From assembly GCF_009914755.1 (NCBI RefSeq), contig NC_060945.1: a stretch of 64,000 nt of DNA, one strand, 5' to 3'. Positions 35,109 through 48,510 of this stretch are shown here, piece by piece. The position numbers were made by a program, and so were the translations under genes. The notes below the pieces were generated by a model. The model did not search any database. It was not told the origin of the DNA and saw only the letters and a program-made list of their open reading frames with translations. Source of the DNA: the human T2T-CHM13v2.0 reference genome, Homo sapiens. The stretch's first letter is position 1. Every line of letters starts with the position of its first letter.

Positions 35109-35526
35109 GCTAAATTAATTTTCAACAAAAGTGCCAAGAACACACAATAAAAATGAGACAGTTTTTGTAATAAATAGGGCTGGGAAAACTGGCAAGCCAT
35201 TGGCAGAAGAATAAAACTAGAACCCTATTTCTTGCCACTTACAAAAATCAAATTACAATGAATTAAAGGCTTAAACCTAATGCCTCAAACCATCAAACTT
35301 TTACAAGAAAGCATTGGGGAAACTCTTTAGGGCATTGGTTTGGGTAAAAATTCCTTAAATAATGCCCCAGAAGCACAGACAACCAAAACAAACATGGACA
35401 AATGGGATTACAGAAAGTCAGAAAGCCTTTTTAAAGTGAAGGAAACAAGAAACAAGTGAAGAGAAAATCCACACAATGGGAGAAAATATTTGTAAATTAT
35501 CCATCTGAAAACAATTAATAGCTGCA

Positions 35527-36194
35527 TGATATGGTTAGGATTTGTGTCCCCACCTAAATCTCATATTGAATTGTAATCCCCAGATGTTGAGGGAGAGACT
35601 TGGTAGAAGGCGATTGGATCATGGGGGTGGTTTCCCCCATGCTGTTCTTCTGATAATGAGTGATTTCTCATGAGATCTGATGGTTTTATAAGGGACTCTT
35701 CCTCCTTTGCTTCACATACAGGCTCTCTCGCCTGCTGTCATGTAAGAGGTGCCTGCTTCCCCATCTGCCATTATTGTAAGTTTCCTGAGGCCTCCCCGGC
35801 CATGTGGAACTGTGAGTCAATTAAACCCATTTCCTTTATAAGTTACCCAGTCTTGCCAGGTGCGGTGGCTCATGCCTGTAATCTCACCACTTTAGGAGGC
35901 TGAGGCGGGTGGATCACGAGGTCAGGAGTTCAAGACCAGCCTGGCCAAGATGGTGAAACCCCGTCTCTACTAAAAATACAAAAATTAGCCAGGCATGGTG
36001 GCAGGTGCCTATAATCCCAGCTACTCAGGAGGCTGAGGCAGAGAATTGCTTGAATCAGGAGGGGAGGTTGCAGTGAGCCGAGATTGCACCACTGCACTTC
36101 AGCCTGGGCAACAGATCAAGACTTCATCTCAGTAAATAAATAGATAACACAGTCTCAGGTATTTTTAATAACAGTACAGAAAAAGACTAATACA
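35527..36194 (+). mobile_element. THE1D-like solo LTR containing an AluSg-like element (35854-36141)
   Basis: TGATATGG...CTAATACA; TSD CTGCA/CTACA; Alu flanked by ...cagtct repeats. Confidence 0.88.
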
Positions 36195-37240
36195 CTACAA
36201 TATATTGAGTTCAAAAAATTCTATAGAAAAAAGTAATAACCCAAATAAAGAGTGGACAAAAAATTTAAATAGACATTTATGAAAAGAAGACATATAAATG
36301 TGAAACAGGCAAATGAAAAGGTGCTCCACATTACTGATCATCATAGAAATGCAAATCAAACCCAAAATGAGATATCATTTCACCCCAATTAAGGTGGCTT
36401 TTATCCAGAAGACAGTGAAAAAAAAAATGCTGGTGGGTATGTGGAGTGAAGGGAACCCTTGTACACTGCTGTTGGGAGCACATTTAAGGACAGTTTGGAT
36501 GTTCCTGATATAACTAAAAATAGAGCTACTATATGTTCCAGCAATTCCACTGCTCAGTATATGCCTACAAGAAATAAAATTGGTTAATCAAAGACCTATT
36601 GGCACTCTCATGTTTGCTACAGCAGGGTTTATAATAGCCAAGATTTGGAAGGAACCTAAATGTCCATCAACAGATGACTGGATAGAGAAAATATGGTACA
36701 TATACACAATGGAGTACTATTCAGCTGTAAGAAAGAATGAGAGCCTGCCATTTGCAATAACATAAATGGAAATGAAAGTCTTTATGTTAAGTGAAATGTC
36801 AGGCACAGAAAGACAAATGTCACATGTTCTCACTTATTTGTGGGTGCTAAAATTCAAAACAATTGGTGTCATAGAAAAAGAGAGTATAAGGATGGTTACC
36901 AGAGGCTGGCAAGGACAGGGAGGAAACAAGAGAATAGTGGGGATGCTAAATGGGTAAAAAAAAATTGTTAGAAAGAATGAATAAGACAGCATTTGATAGG
37001 ACAACAGGGTGATTATAGTCAAAAATAATTCCACATGTAAAAAAACTAAAAGAGTATAATTGGATTGTTTATAACACAAGCTATAACTGCTTGTGGGGAG
37101 AGATACTCCGTTTTTTATTATGTATTACTCATTGCATGACTACATCAAAGTATGTCATGTACCCCCATAAATATATACACCAACTATGCACCCACAAAAA
37201 TAAATTAAAAATTGAAATTGAAATTAAAATTAAAACCAAA

Positions 37241-37373
37241 GGGAGGAGAGTATAATGAGGCATGTGTGACCCATGGCTTGAACTAGCTTTTCAGGTTAAC
37301 TTTGGAATGTCCTTATCCAAGAAGAGAGGTCCATTTAGTCAACAGGGGTTTAGAAATTTATTTTTAGTTTATA
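37241..37373 (-). mobile_element. MER4-type LTR 5' fragment
   Basis: Reverse complement resembles TGTAAACCAAAAATAAAATTCTAAG...CCAAAGTTAACCTGAAAA...CCTCATTATAC. Confidence 0.7.
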
Positions 37374-37696
37374 TATGGAAAAAAGAAGGATTTTCAATCC
37401 TGAGCCATATTTCTCAGTCAATCAATCCCTGCAGGGAACCCTGTTCTTTACTCTGGAGATAAACACTAGTTTTCTTTTCTATGGAATAACACCACATTTC
37501 AAAATGAGGGGAAACATCTTGCAATTAAGTGGTACAGCCTTATTAAATTTGATTTGGTTTCCATTGTAATTAATTTAATCACATGTGTTCTAGAGTTTGT
37601 CCTCAGTCTTCCCCTAGTTTAGGCCCATGATCTGTTGAAATTGCTCAGCTCCCTGCTCAACAGCAGGAAATCAGAATCATTTAAAATCATCATTGT

Positions 37697-38019
37697 GGCT
37701 GGGAGTGATGGCTCATGCCTGTAATCCCAGCAATTTGGGAGGCCAAGGTGGGCAGATCACTTGTTGTCAGGGGTTTGAGACCAGCCTGGCCGACAGTGAA
37801 ACCCCATCTCTACTAAAGATACAAATATTAGCTGGGTGTGGTGATTCACGCCTGTAATCCCGGCTACTTGGGAGACTGAGGCAGGAGAATTGCTTGAACC
37901 CGGGAGGGGCAGGTTTCAGTGAGCCAAGATGGTGCACTGAACTCCAGCCTGTTCAACAGAACAAGACTCTGTCTCAAAATAATAGTAATAATAATAATAA
38001 TAATAAATAAGTAAAAATA
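37697..38019 (+). mobile_element. AluS with (AAT)n tail
   Basis: Alu dimer; TSD aaaatc(a)tcattgt. Confidence 0.9.
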
Positions 38020-38240
38020 AAAATCTCATTGTGTTTCAAACAAAATTTCTTTTGAATATCAACTGTATCAACTTGCATATTAACTATAATCATTTTGTTT
38101 ACTTTATATCCAATCTTGAGAAATCTTTGAGGACTAATTTCACTCTTTTCTGCCATTTTGGTAAACATACCAAATGCCATCAAACAAAATGCACAAAATT
38201 CCCTAGAAATACATTTTCTCCTTGAGGAGTAGACTTGTTG

Positions 38241-38805
38241 TGTTAGAGGAACTCATGGTTACCTAGCTTCTAGTTTAATAAACATGACTAGAATATTCTA
38301 TCTTAATATGAGTAGCTAGGTACTCACAAGGCATCTAGAAGGTTAATGTTCATGGTCTGAAAATAGTCACATTTTTTAAATGGCCACAAATTACAATTGC
38401 AGAATATCTGTGGTCATACAAGACATCTTCCACAAAGCCTGAAAAAATGTATAAATGTCCTAGGAGTGCAGAATTTTTTTGTAAGGATATTATTAATGAA
38501 CTAGCTTAGGTCAATGGGTTAATGGTTATTGTTAAAACCAATAGCCCCGACTTTAGTGACTACATCTGCACCTTCCAAGTTTAACTATAACACTTTCTCT
38601 TTATAGTTACTTATAAGTAGACACACTAACAAAAGACAATGCATTCCTGCTCTTGTTTTCTGAGGATGTCCAACTCTGTAATGGAGTAATTTCTAATAAA
38701 CTTGCTTCTTTCACTGTGCTCTCTGACTCACCTCAAATTTTTGCCTGCAGAAAATCTAAGAATCCTACTTTGTGGTCTGTATCAGGACCCTCTTTTCCAG
38801 CAACA
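38241..38805 (+). mobile_element. ERV1 5' LTR (MER41-group-like)
   Basis: TG...CA ends, AATAAA at about 38695, 3' end caggaccctcttttccagcaaca, followed by internal sequence. Confidence 0.7.
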
Positions 38806-39594
38806 TCTTTCAGCAACACCATGAATGGACACCAAGACAAGACCCCCACTCCAAGGAAAACAATCCACACAAAATCAATCAGCTGACACCTGGCAAGTGG
38901 GCTGTCTTTTAGATTCGTGAAGCCATTCTGGTGGACAAGAATGATTATCCACTATTATCATACTCAGATTAGAGGCCAAGCCCACAGAGTTAGAGGCCCT
39001 GGGGAATATTGAGAAGAATGGATTTGGCTAAACAGATGTTTGCCACTTTCTCTTTTTGGACTGTCCACCTTGTGCTCTCTGTCCCTCACCTGAGTGCTCT
39101 ACATCTTGTCACCTTTCTGCTCACCACCTCTGTTTTGTAGTAGCCTGGAGGCTGCCCCAGGACAGAGGCCCCAAGCAGTTTAGCTTTTACTTTCCTCAGC
39201 GATCCTCTGACTCTTAACTGAATGCCTGTTTAATTTGCCACTGGTCCAAGTGACACTGAAAAAAAGAATTGTCTTGGAACCTAGTATTTTTGTACCTTAA
39301 TTATTCGAAAAGATCAGCAGTAACCTCACCATCATTATGACTAGAAGTGGAAATGTGGTATTTAAGAGCTCTACATGATAAGATCAGACATGCCTGTTTA
39401 GTGACAGCCTCTTTTATGACAACCCTCTGCAAACAATTACCCTCAAGATTGAGAACATGAGACTTTTTCTTAACAGTTTTCTCTCATTTCTTAGCCATAA
39501 CGCCATCTTTGATAAGCTGGTATAGGGCAGCTGGACTCTACTTTCTAAACCCAGCATGTCACTTTTTTCCTGAGAGAGTTTTGTCAGTTTTGTC

Positions 39595-39621
39595 ATAGCA
39601 GTGTGAAAATGGACTAATACA
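39595..39621 (+). mobile_element. Isolated terminal 27 bp of a THE1 LTR
   Basis: atagcagtgtgaaaatggactaataca, sharing gcagtgtgaaaatggactaataca with the THE1A end at 60865-60888. Confidence 0.7.
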
Positions 39622-40160
39622 TTACAATATACAAGTTACATCCTTCCCATTTCCCCTGTTTGATCTGACTCCTATTTTGCAGCTTAATTTGTTTTATAGA
39701 AGAGAAACTAAGAGGGAGGAAATACATTATATACAGGCTTCTCTGATGCTTGGTCGGGATAAAAAATTAAAATGGACTTCTATATGTTTGATGGAGGAAA
39801 AGACAAAATAGGGTCGGCACGTAATTGATTACCATTTTAATGCAAGTGCCTCTTAATGTTAGGCTTTTCTTAGCTGGGTCTGAAATCCACCTACCAGTCC
39901 AAGCGCCCCATAAGAACACAGACTCCTTCCAGTTCTAGTGAGGTGTGCAACATGTTATTAATTTCTTCTAGTTTTCCAGGGTTATCTAGTGACCGGTCAT
40001 CATCTTCTCCCTGCCCTTCGAGTCCTGTCTTACGTACATACCCCACTCTCAAAACACCCGAGCTTCACCAGAACAACATGCAGTGGGGCCTCTTATCAGC
40101 TGGCAAAGTTGAATGTTTGCCCTCTCTGGGAAGTGACAGATGATAATAGGAACACCATAT

Positions 40161-41124
40161 TGAAGGGGTGGCCTGTCCCTCCACACCTGTGGGCGTTTCT
40201 CATCAGGTGGAACGAGAGACTTGTGAAAAGAGACGCAGAGACAAAGTAAAGAGAAAAAGTGGGCCCAGGGGACCAGCGCTCAGCATAGGGAGGACCAGCG
40301 CCGGCACCACTCTCTGAGTTTCCTTAGTATTTATTGATGATTATCGGGCATTTCTCAGAGAGGTGGATGTGGCAGGACAATAGGGTAACAGTGGAGAGAG
40401 GGTCAGCAGGAAAACATGTGAGCAAATGTCTCTGCATCATAAACAAGGTAAAGAAAAAAGTGCTGTGCTTTCGATGTGCATATACATAAACACCTCAATG
40501 CCTTAAAGAGCAGTATTGCCTCCAGCATGTCTCACCTCCAGCCCTGTGGCAGTTTTCTCCTATCTCAGTAGGTGGAATATACAATCGGGTTTTACAAGGA
40601 GACATTCCATTGCCCAGGGACGAGCAGGAGACAGATGGCTTTGTCTTATCTCAACTGCAAAGAGGCCTTCCTCTTTTACTAATCCTCCTCAGCACAGACC
40701 GTTTACAGGTGTCGGACTGGTGGATGGTCAGGTCCTTCCCCTCCCATGAGGCCATATTTCAGACTATCACATGGGGAGATACCTTGGACAATACTTGACT
40801 TTCCTAGGCAGAGGTCCCTGTGGCCTTCAGCAGTGTTTTGTGTCGCTGGGTCCTTGAGAGTAGGGAGTGGTGATGACTTTTAACAAGCATGATGCCTTCA
40901 AGCATTTGTTTAACAAAGCACATCCTGCATATCCCTAAATCCATTAAACCTTGAGTCGACACAGCACATGTTTCTGTGAGCACAGGGTTGGGGCTAGGGT
41001 TACAGATTAACAGCATCTCAAGGCAGAAGAATTTTTCTTAGTACAGAACAAAATGGAGTCTCTTATGTCTACTTCTTTCTACATAGACACAGTAGAAGTC
41101 TGATCTCTCTTTCTTTTCCCCACA
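40161..41124 (-). mobile_element. Solo LTR5 (HERV-K HML-2; LTR5A/B type)
   Basis: 964 bp; minus strand TGTGGGGAAAAGAAAGAGAGATCAGA...GGCCACCCCTTCA; 6-bp TSD CCATAT/CTATAT. Confidence 0.93.
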
Positions 41125-43856
41125 CTATATAGGTATGTGTACACTTTTTTACAACTGAATTAGCCATATGCAAGGAAAAACTTAAAAAGTTTTCAGAGGT
41201 TCTGGTAAAATTCATAGACAAATTTAAAAGGCTAACCTTGACGTATGATCTGACCAGGCAGGATTTGCATATATTTATGTTTACCTGCTGCATGGTAGAA
41301 AAGCAGTGTATGATGGGATTGGCTACAGCACATGCTAATAGGGTGGCAGCCTGCAACCAGGGGCATGAGACCTATCAAGTAGGAGGCACAGCAGTGCCTG
41401 ACTAGGACCCAGAAGAGGACTAGAATCTAGAAAAGACAAATAAATTAGGAAGAAAATGGGATATAGAGAGAAAAAATTATGATCGTTTGACTCCGTGAAG
41501 GAATAAAAAAAAAGTGTGATACAGCTTTTTAATTTTAATAAAGTCTGGAAAATTACTCAGGGAAAAGATGAAAACCTAGCCTTATTACAAGGGTGGATAA
41601 TTTAGACCTTGAGGAAATACACTAACATTGACCCTGACTCCAAAAAGGGACAGGCATTGCTAGGAGTTTAATTTATAGCACGGTCTCCTTCTGATATCTG
41701 CAGGAAGCTGCCAAAAGCAGCCTTAGGCTTCCAGACTCCCATGGATAGGATTTTAGACTTGGATTTTGCAGTTTTCCATCACAGGAATTGGGCAGAGAAA
41801 ACGTAAAATAAAGCAAATCTCCCAAGAGGCCCAGCTTCTAGCTGCAGCCTTGTGCTCTCCACCACTTCAGAGGCAACCCCTTAACCCCTGGCCCTCACAG
41901 AGGAAGTGAGAAGGTGAAAGTCCCAGTCTGTGCCTCTGGGCCACTGTGCCTTTGATATAAATCAATTTGCCTTCTGTAGGAAGGTCAGCCACTGCCGAAG
42001 GAAATGTACTGTGCTTCCAAGGGAGCCATCATCAGAGCTCAGCAGACTCAAAAGTGGCAGGGCCTGATACTTCCTACCTCCACCTCCATTGGACTATTAG
42101 CTATCGAGAGATGGAAGAGCCTCAGGTGACTCTTGAAGTAGCAGGTAGGGGTATTAACTTCATATTGGGTGTGGGAGCAGATGACTCTGTCCTGATTCAA
42201 TACAATGAGCTCCTGTCTTCAAATGATGGACTAGCCCCAAAACACTCCTTTTTGTATCCTCTAAGTTGTCCTCCAGAGCCTCTAGGTTTCTCGCCTGCCT
42301 TTTTAGTACTGTCTGATTGCCTGATCTCTTACTGGGTAGAGGTTTATTGACTCAGGAGACCGAGTCATGGTCACCTTCACAGATTGTAAAGCATAGAAAG
42401 TGTTACTTTTGTTCCTGACCCCTCAGAGGAAAAATGAAGTTAAGAATCAGCTGTCACATTTACCACCTGAGGTGTTGTCTCAAGTAAAACTTGAGGTTTG
42501 GGCCACACAGGATCTGGGAAACGCACTAAACACCTCCCCCATTCGAATCCAACTTCAGCCTAGTGCTCCTCAACCTCAGAAGAGACAATACATTTTAAGG
42601 CAAGAAGCATGAGGGGAAATTCAACCCCTTATTGCCTAATTCTTGCCATATGAGTTATTAAGGCCATGAGAGTCTCGTTACAATACTCGCATGTTACCAG
42701 ATAAAAAGCCTAATGGCAAGTACAGATTTGTCAGAACGCTTAGAGCATTAAGAAATGCAGTTGTCTCCATAGACCTCATTGTCCCCAATACTTACCAAGT
42801 CCCAGGGGATGCAAGCTGGTTTACATTCTTATATCTGAAAGATGCACTTTTCTGGATCTCAATGCATCCAGATTCATAATATATTTGCCTTTGAATGGAC
42901 TGATCCAGATATGCATTCTGCCTCAAAACTAACCTGGACAGTTATCTCTGAAGGGTTCTGGGATAGCCCCCACTTATTTGAAAATGCCCTAGCTAAGGAC
43001 TTAACAAATCTACAATTGGAAAGGGACACAATTATTCAGTATGTAGGTGACTTGCTCATTGCTAGCCCAACTAAAGAAGACTCATAATAATACTGTTAAG
43101 TTGGTAACAGATATAGGGCATCACCACACAGGGCTCAGATTTTGACTGAAAGACTTAAATATTTGGAATCTGTCTTAACCTCTGGAACTGATCAACATCC
43201 CTAGAAGATAAAAAGTTATTTTAGTCACCCAAGGGTCCCTGTCCAAAAATTGACTGTGTGCTTTTTTAGGAGATGGCTGGGTACTGCTGCTTATGGGTGC
43301 CCAGGTTTGGGCATGTAGCCAAGCCTTTATATGATACTCTAAAGGGAAAGATTTAGAGCTCCTAGAATGTAATGAGAACTGCAAGCAAACCTTCAATACT
43401 CTCAAGGAGAAATTGGGCCCTGCTGCAGCCGTGGGAGTCCCCAAGTTGGATAAACAATTTTTCTTTATGTGACCAAAAAGCAAGGCATAGGCCTTGGGTA
43501 ATCTTGTCCCAAAACTGGGGCGCATTCCAAGGCCAGTAGCCTAATTTTCTAAGCAGATAGACCAGGTGGCCTCAGGGTGGCCTTGATGTCTTAGAGCTAT
43601 TGCTGCTACCACTTTTCTAGCAGGCAAAGCTAATAAACTAACATTAGAACAGCACCTACAGGTTTTCGACCCCACACCAAGGGAAGGTGGTCCTAGAAGC
43701 TAAAGTGAAGCAGTGGATAATACGAGAACATTTATGAAAGTATCAGACCTTATTGCTAGACCCTCCAGACATAACCCTTAAAGCCTGCCAAACCATAAAC
43801 CCAGCTACTTATCTGCCAGAGTCCACAGGTGCTTCTAGCCTTTCTGGCATACAGGT

Positions 43857-44512
<656 letters not shown>

Positions 44513-46113
44513 CAGGTTATGAAACAAATTTATTCTAGCAGACCAGACGTAAGAAGGATGAGACCCTTGACCATCCCAAGGAAGAGTGGTTAACAGATGT
44601 AAGTTGTTTTATGCATCAGGAAAACAGGAGGGCTAGATATGCTATTAGTAGTCAGCACAAGAGAATCAAGGCACAAGTCTTGCTGGCCTCGACCTCAGCT
44701 CAAAATGCTGAGTTAATTGAACTTACTCAGCCCCTCCAGTTGGCAAAGGATTTAAAAGTTAACATTTACACTGATTCCAAGTATGACTTTTTAGTGCTTC
44801 ATGCTTATGCTGCAATTTGGAATGAGTAGGGACTCCTGATCCCCAAGGACTTTTCCATACAACATCATTGAGATTTTGAGCTTGTTAGAATGCTGCTTTG
44901 CTGCCAAAAAGTGACTAAAATTAATTGCAGAGGACATCAAAAGAGAGACTGACCATATAAAAGGAAATGTCCTTGTAGATGCCACAGCCAAGGCCCCTGC
45001 ACTGAAAGGGCCAATGAAGCTTATGGGCGTGCTGGTCAGCATACATAGAACTGGGCCAGAACACTCTAAAGAAGAACAAAAATGGGCCATGGATTGCATT
45101 TCAGTCCAGGGCCCCTCTGGCTGCTGAATGATGGTAATAAATTACTAATGCCAAGTACCAGTCATAGGAATATAATTCAGCACTTTCATGATTCTTTTCA
45201 CCCTAGAAGTGATTCTTGGTTTCTGTTAATGTCTCATTTGTTTATAGGGGTAAATCTTTTCAAAACACCAAAACAGGTGACTCAGCCCTGTGAGCTCTGT
45301 GCCTGACATGACCCAAATGGCCAGCAATTTTCTCCTTCTCCAGGTAAACTTGTCCAAAATTGAGGAACCTATCCAGGTGAGAACTGGCAACTCTAATTTA
45401 TGCAGATATCTTTCTGCAGGAGATTCAAATATTTGCTAATGCTTACTGATACCCTCACTGGTTAGATCGAGGCATTCCCCACCCCATCTGAAAAATGTTT
45501 ACCAGAAGAAATAACTCCTTAGTTTGGGTAATCTAAAAGCCTGCAAAGTGGCAATGGCCCGTCTTTCACAGCAGGTGTATCCCAACACCTATCCTCAGAT
45601 TTAAGAATCCAATATTACCTTCACTCTGTGTGCAGACTGCAGTCCTCTGGAAAGGTGAAAGGGCTAATCCTACTCTAAAGAAGACTCCAGCTAAATCAGA
45701 CGCCTGACTATCTCTAACACCCATAGCTTACTGCGGGTTTGAACTGCTCCAAAGTAAAACTTATAATTAAATCCTGTTGAGTTAACATTCGGAAGACCTT
45801 TCCTAAGCACAGATCTCCTAAAAGATGAAAAGACTCATCAATTACAACAATATGTCATCAATCTAGGACAGGTGCAAAGGCACTCTGTGAATATGGAAAC
45901 AAGAGTCTTCTCCCACATGGGAGGAAAATTCAGTTTCAGCTCAGCTAAGGATTTAGTCTTACTAAAGTTGTGGGAGGAAGTTCTCCAGCTGACCAGCTTT
46001 CCCCAACATGGAAAGGACCACAGCAAGGACACCTGAGCTCCCCAACAGACGTTCAGCGCCAAGGGAGTCACAGGTGGGTACACCTGTGTGGAAGTAAAGC
46101 TGTTGCTTATTCT

Positions 46114-46242
46114 GGGAGCAGAATCCGAGGCTGAGGCAGGTGGGCGCCGGGCTATTTCAGCGTTGGTGGAGGGCGGGCTGGGTAGCTGTGTGTCTGCTGC
46201 TCCTTCTCGCGTTTCTCCTGCCTCTGTAATCCCACCTTAGCC
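46114..46242 (+). promoter_or_regulatory. TUBB8-type proximal promoter and 5'UTR remnant
   Basis: GC-rich, GC box GGGCGG, decayed TATA-like ggctatttcag about 90 bp upstream of the ATG, gccATGa context. Confidence 0.55.
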
Positions 46243-46299
46243 ATGAGGGAAATAGTGCTCACGCAGGCCAGGCAGTAAGGGAACCAGATCGGCGCCAAG
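46243..46299 (+). pseudogene. TUBB8: TUBB8-family beta-tubulin pseudogene fragment (exon 1 only)
   Basis: MREIVLTQARQ*GNQIGAK, the 57-nt beta-tubulin exon 1, followed by a GT donor; LTQ is characteristic of the TUBB8 group; in-frame TAA; no later exons seen. This is a paralogue, not the functional gene. Confidence 0.9.
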
Positions 46300-46417
46300 G
46301 TTGTATTTGACTCCATAAAAATTAAAATTTTGTATGAGAGAAAAATGCCTCAAAGTCAAAAGTCAACAGACTGGGGAAATAGATCTGCAACATACATGAC
46401 AGACAAAAAGCTAATTT

Positions 46418-46420
<3 letters not shown>

Positions 46421-46473
<53 letters not shown>

Positions 46474-46530
46474 TATAAATATATATACATATAAATGTAT
46501 ATACATATAAATATAGATAGATATATGTAA
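46421..46530. repeat. (TA)n microsatellite with AT-rich extension
   Basis: About 22 perfect AT units, then degenerate. Confidence 0.95.
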
Positions 46531-46534
46531 ATAT

Positions 46535-48510
46535 CCATTTTTAACACCATTTAAAAAAATATCGTCCTTTCCCCATTGAACACTATTGATGCCCTTGTTA
46601 AAAATCATGACCATATTTTTTGGTTCTTTATTTCTATTGCATTGGTCTTTGTGCCTGTCTCTATGCTGGTACAGCATTGTTTTGCGTACTGAAGTTTGAA
46701 ACCAGGAGGTGTTAGTCCTCTGACTTTGTCAGTTTTTAAGATTGATTTGGCTGCTTGGGGTTTTTTGAGATTTCATCTGAATTTTAGAACAGATTTTTCT
46801 ATTTTTTCAAATATTGGAATTTTTACAGTGATTTTATTGAATCTGTAGATGATTATAGATAACAATGGCACCTTGACAAGATTTTGTCTTCCAGTCCATA
46901 AACATACGATGTCTTTTAATTTATTTGTGTCATCTTTAATACTTTCATGTCATGTTTCTAGTTTTTGCTGTACAGGTTTTTCATTTCCTTGGTTAAGTGG
47001 GTTTCTAAGCATTTTATTCTTTTGATGCTATCATACATGATACTGTTGTCTTGATTTCTTCTTCAGATAGTTTATTGTTATTGCAGAAATACAACGGATT
47101 TTTGTTTATTATTTTGTATCCTGCAGCTTTGCTAAATTTTATTTATTGCATCTCACAGTTTATTTCACAGAAATTAAAAGATTTTTAATATATGAGGTTA
47201 GGTCGTCTGCAAACAGATAATTTTACTTTTAAAAAAATTGGAATATCTTTAATTCTTTTACTCACCTTATTGTTTTAACTAACCAGAACCTTCAGTACTA
47301 TATTAAATAGAAGTAGTAAAAGCAGGCATCCTTATTTTTGCTCTTAGGGTAAAAGCTTTCAGTCTTTCACCATGTTAGCTGTGTTTTTTTGTTTTGTTTT
47401 GTTTTTTGTATAGCATTATGTTAAGGTGTTTTCTTTCTTTTTATAGTTTATTAACTATATTTTATCATGAATGTGGGTTAAATTTTGACAAATGCTTTTT
47501 CTTCTTTGCTTAAGATGATTACATGAGGGTTTTTTCCTTATGTTAATGTGATATTATGCTGATTTTCATGAGTTGGAACATACTTTTATTTCAGGAGTCA
47601 ATTATACTCATTCATAGTGTATAATCCTTTTAATGTACTGCTAAGTTTGAGTTGCTGGTATTTTGTTGAGGATTTTTGCATCAGCATTTATAAGGGATGT
47701 TTGTTTGTAGTTTTCTTATGGTGCCTTTGTCTGGCTTGGTGTCAGGGTAATACTGTACTCATAGAATAAGTTAGAAAAAATTACCTTGTCTTCAATGTTT
47801 TGAAAAAGTTTGAGAAAAAGTGGTGTTAATTCTGCTTTAAACATTGGGTAGAATTCAACAGTGAAGCCATCTGGTCCAGGCTTTTCATTGTTGCTGGGTT
47901 TTCGATTACTGATGCAATCTTCCTGTTGAATCTCCTTGCTGAATAGGTTTATTCAACTTTTCTGATTCAGTCTTAGTAGGTTTTTTGTTTCTAGGAATTT
48001 GTTCATTTTATTTAGGCTCTTCAATTTTTTAGTGTATAATTCCTTATGGTACTCTCCTACATCCTTTTTTACTCCAAAAATTTGTTAGTAATGTACCCAT
48101 TTTATTTTTGAGTTTAGTAATTTGAATATTACCTTTTTTCTTAGTCAATCTAGATAAAATTTTGTCAGTTTTGATCTTTTTCAGAGAACAAACTAGGTTT
48201 TGTTGATTTTTGATATTGTTTTTCTATTCTCTATTACACTTATTTTCACTGCTATCTTTATCATTTTTTTAATTTTGCTAGCTTTTAATTGTCCCTCTTT
48301 AATAGTCCCTCTTTTTCCCTCTGTTTTTAGTTCCTTAGGAGTAAAGTTGTTGATTCGGTATCTTATTTTTTATAATCACTTATAGCTATAAATTTTACCC
48401 TTATGGTACTGTTTTTTATGTATCTCTTAACTTTTGGTATTTCATGTTTTTAATTTGTCTCTAGATATTTTCTATTTTCTCTTGTGATTTCTTCTTTTAT
48501 CCATCCTTGA
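46535..48510 (-). mobile_element. Old L1M ORF2 fragment
   Basis: Antisense L1 motifs (gtcgtctgcaaacagataa; gtgaagccatctggtccagg). Confidence 0.8.
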
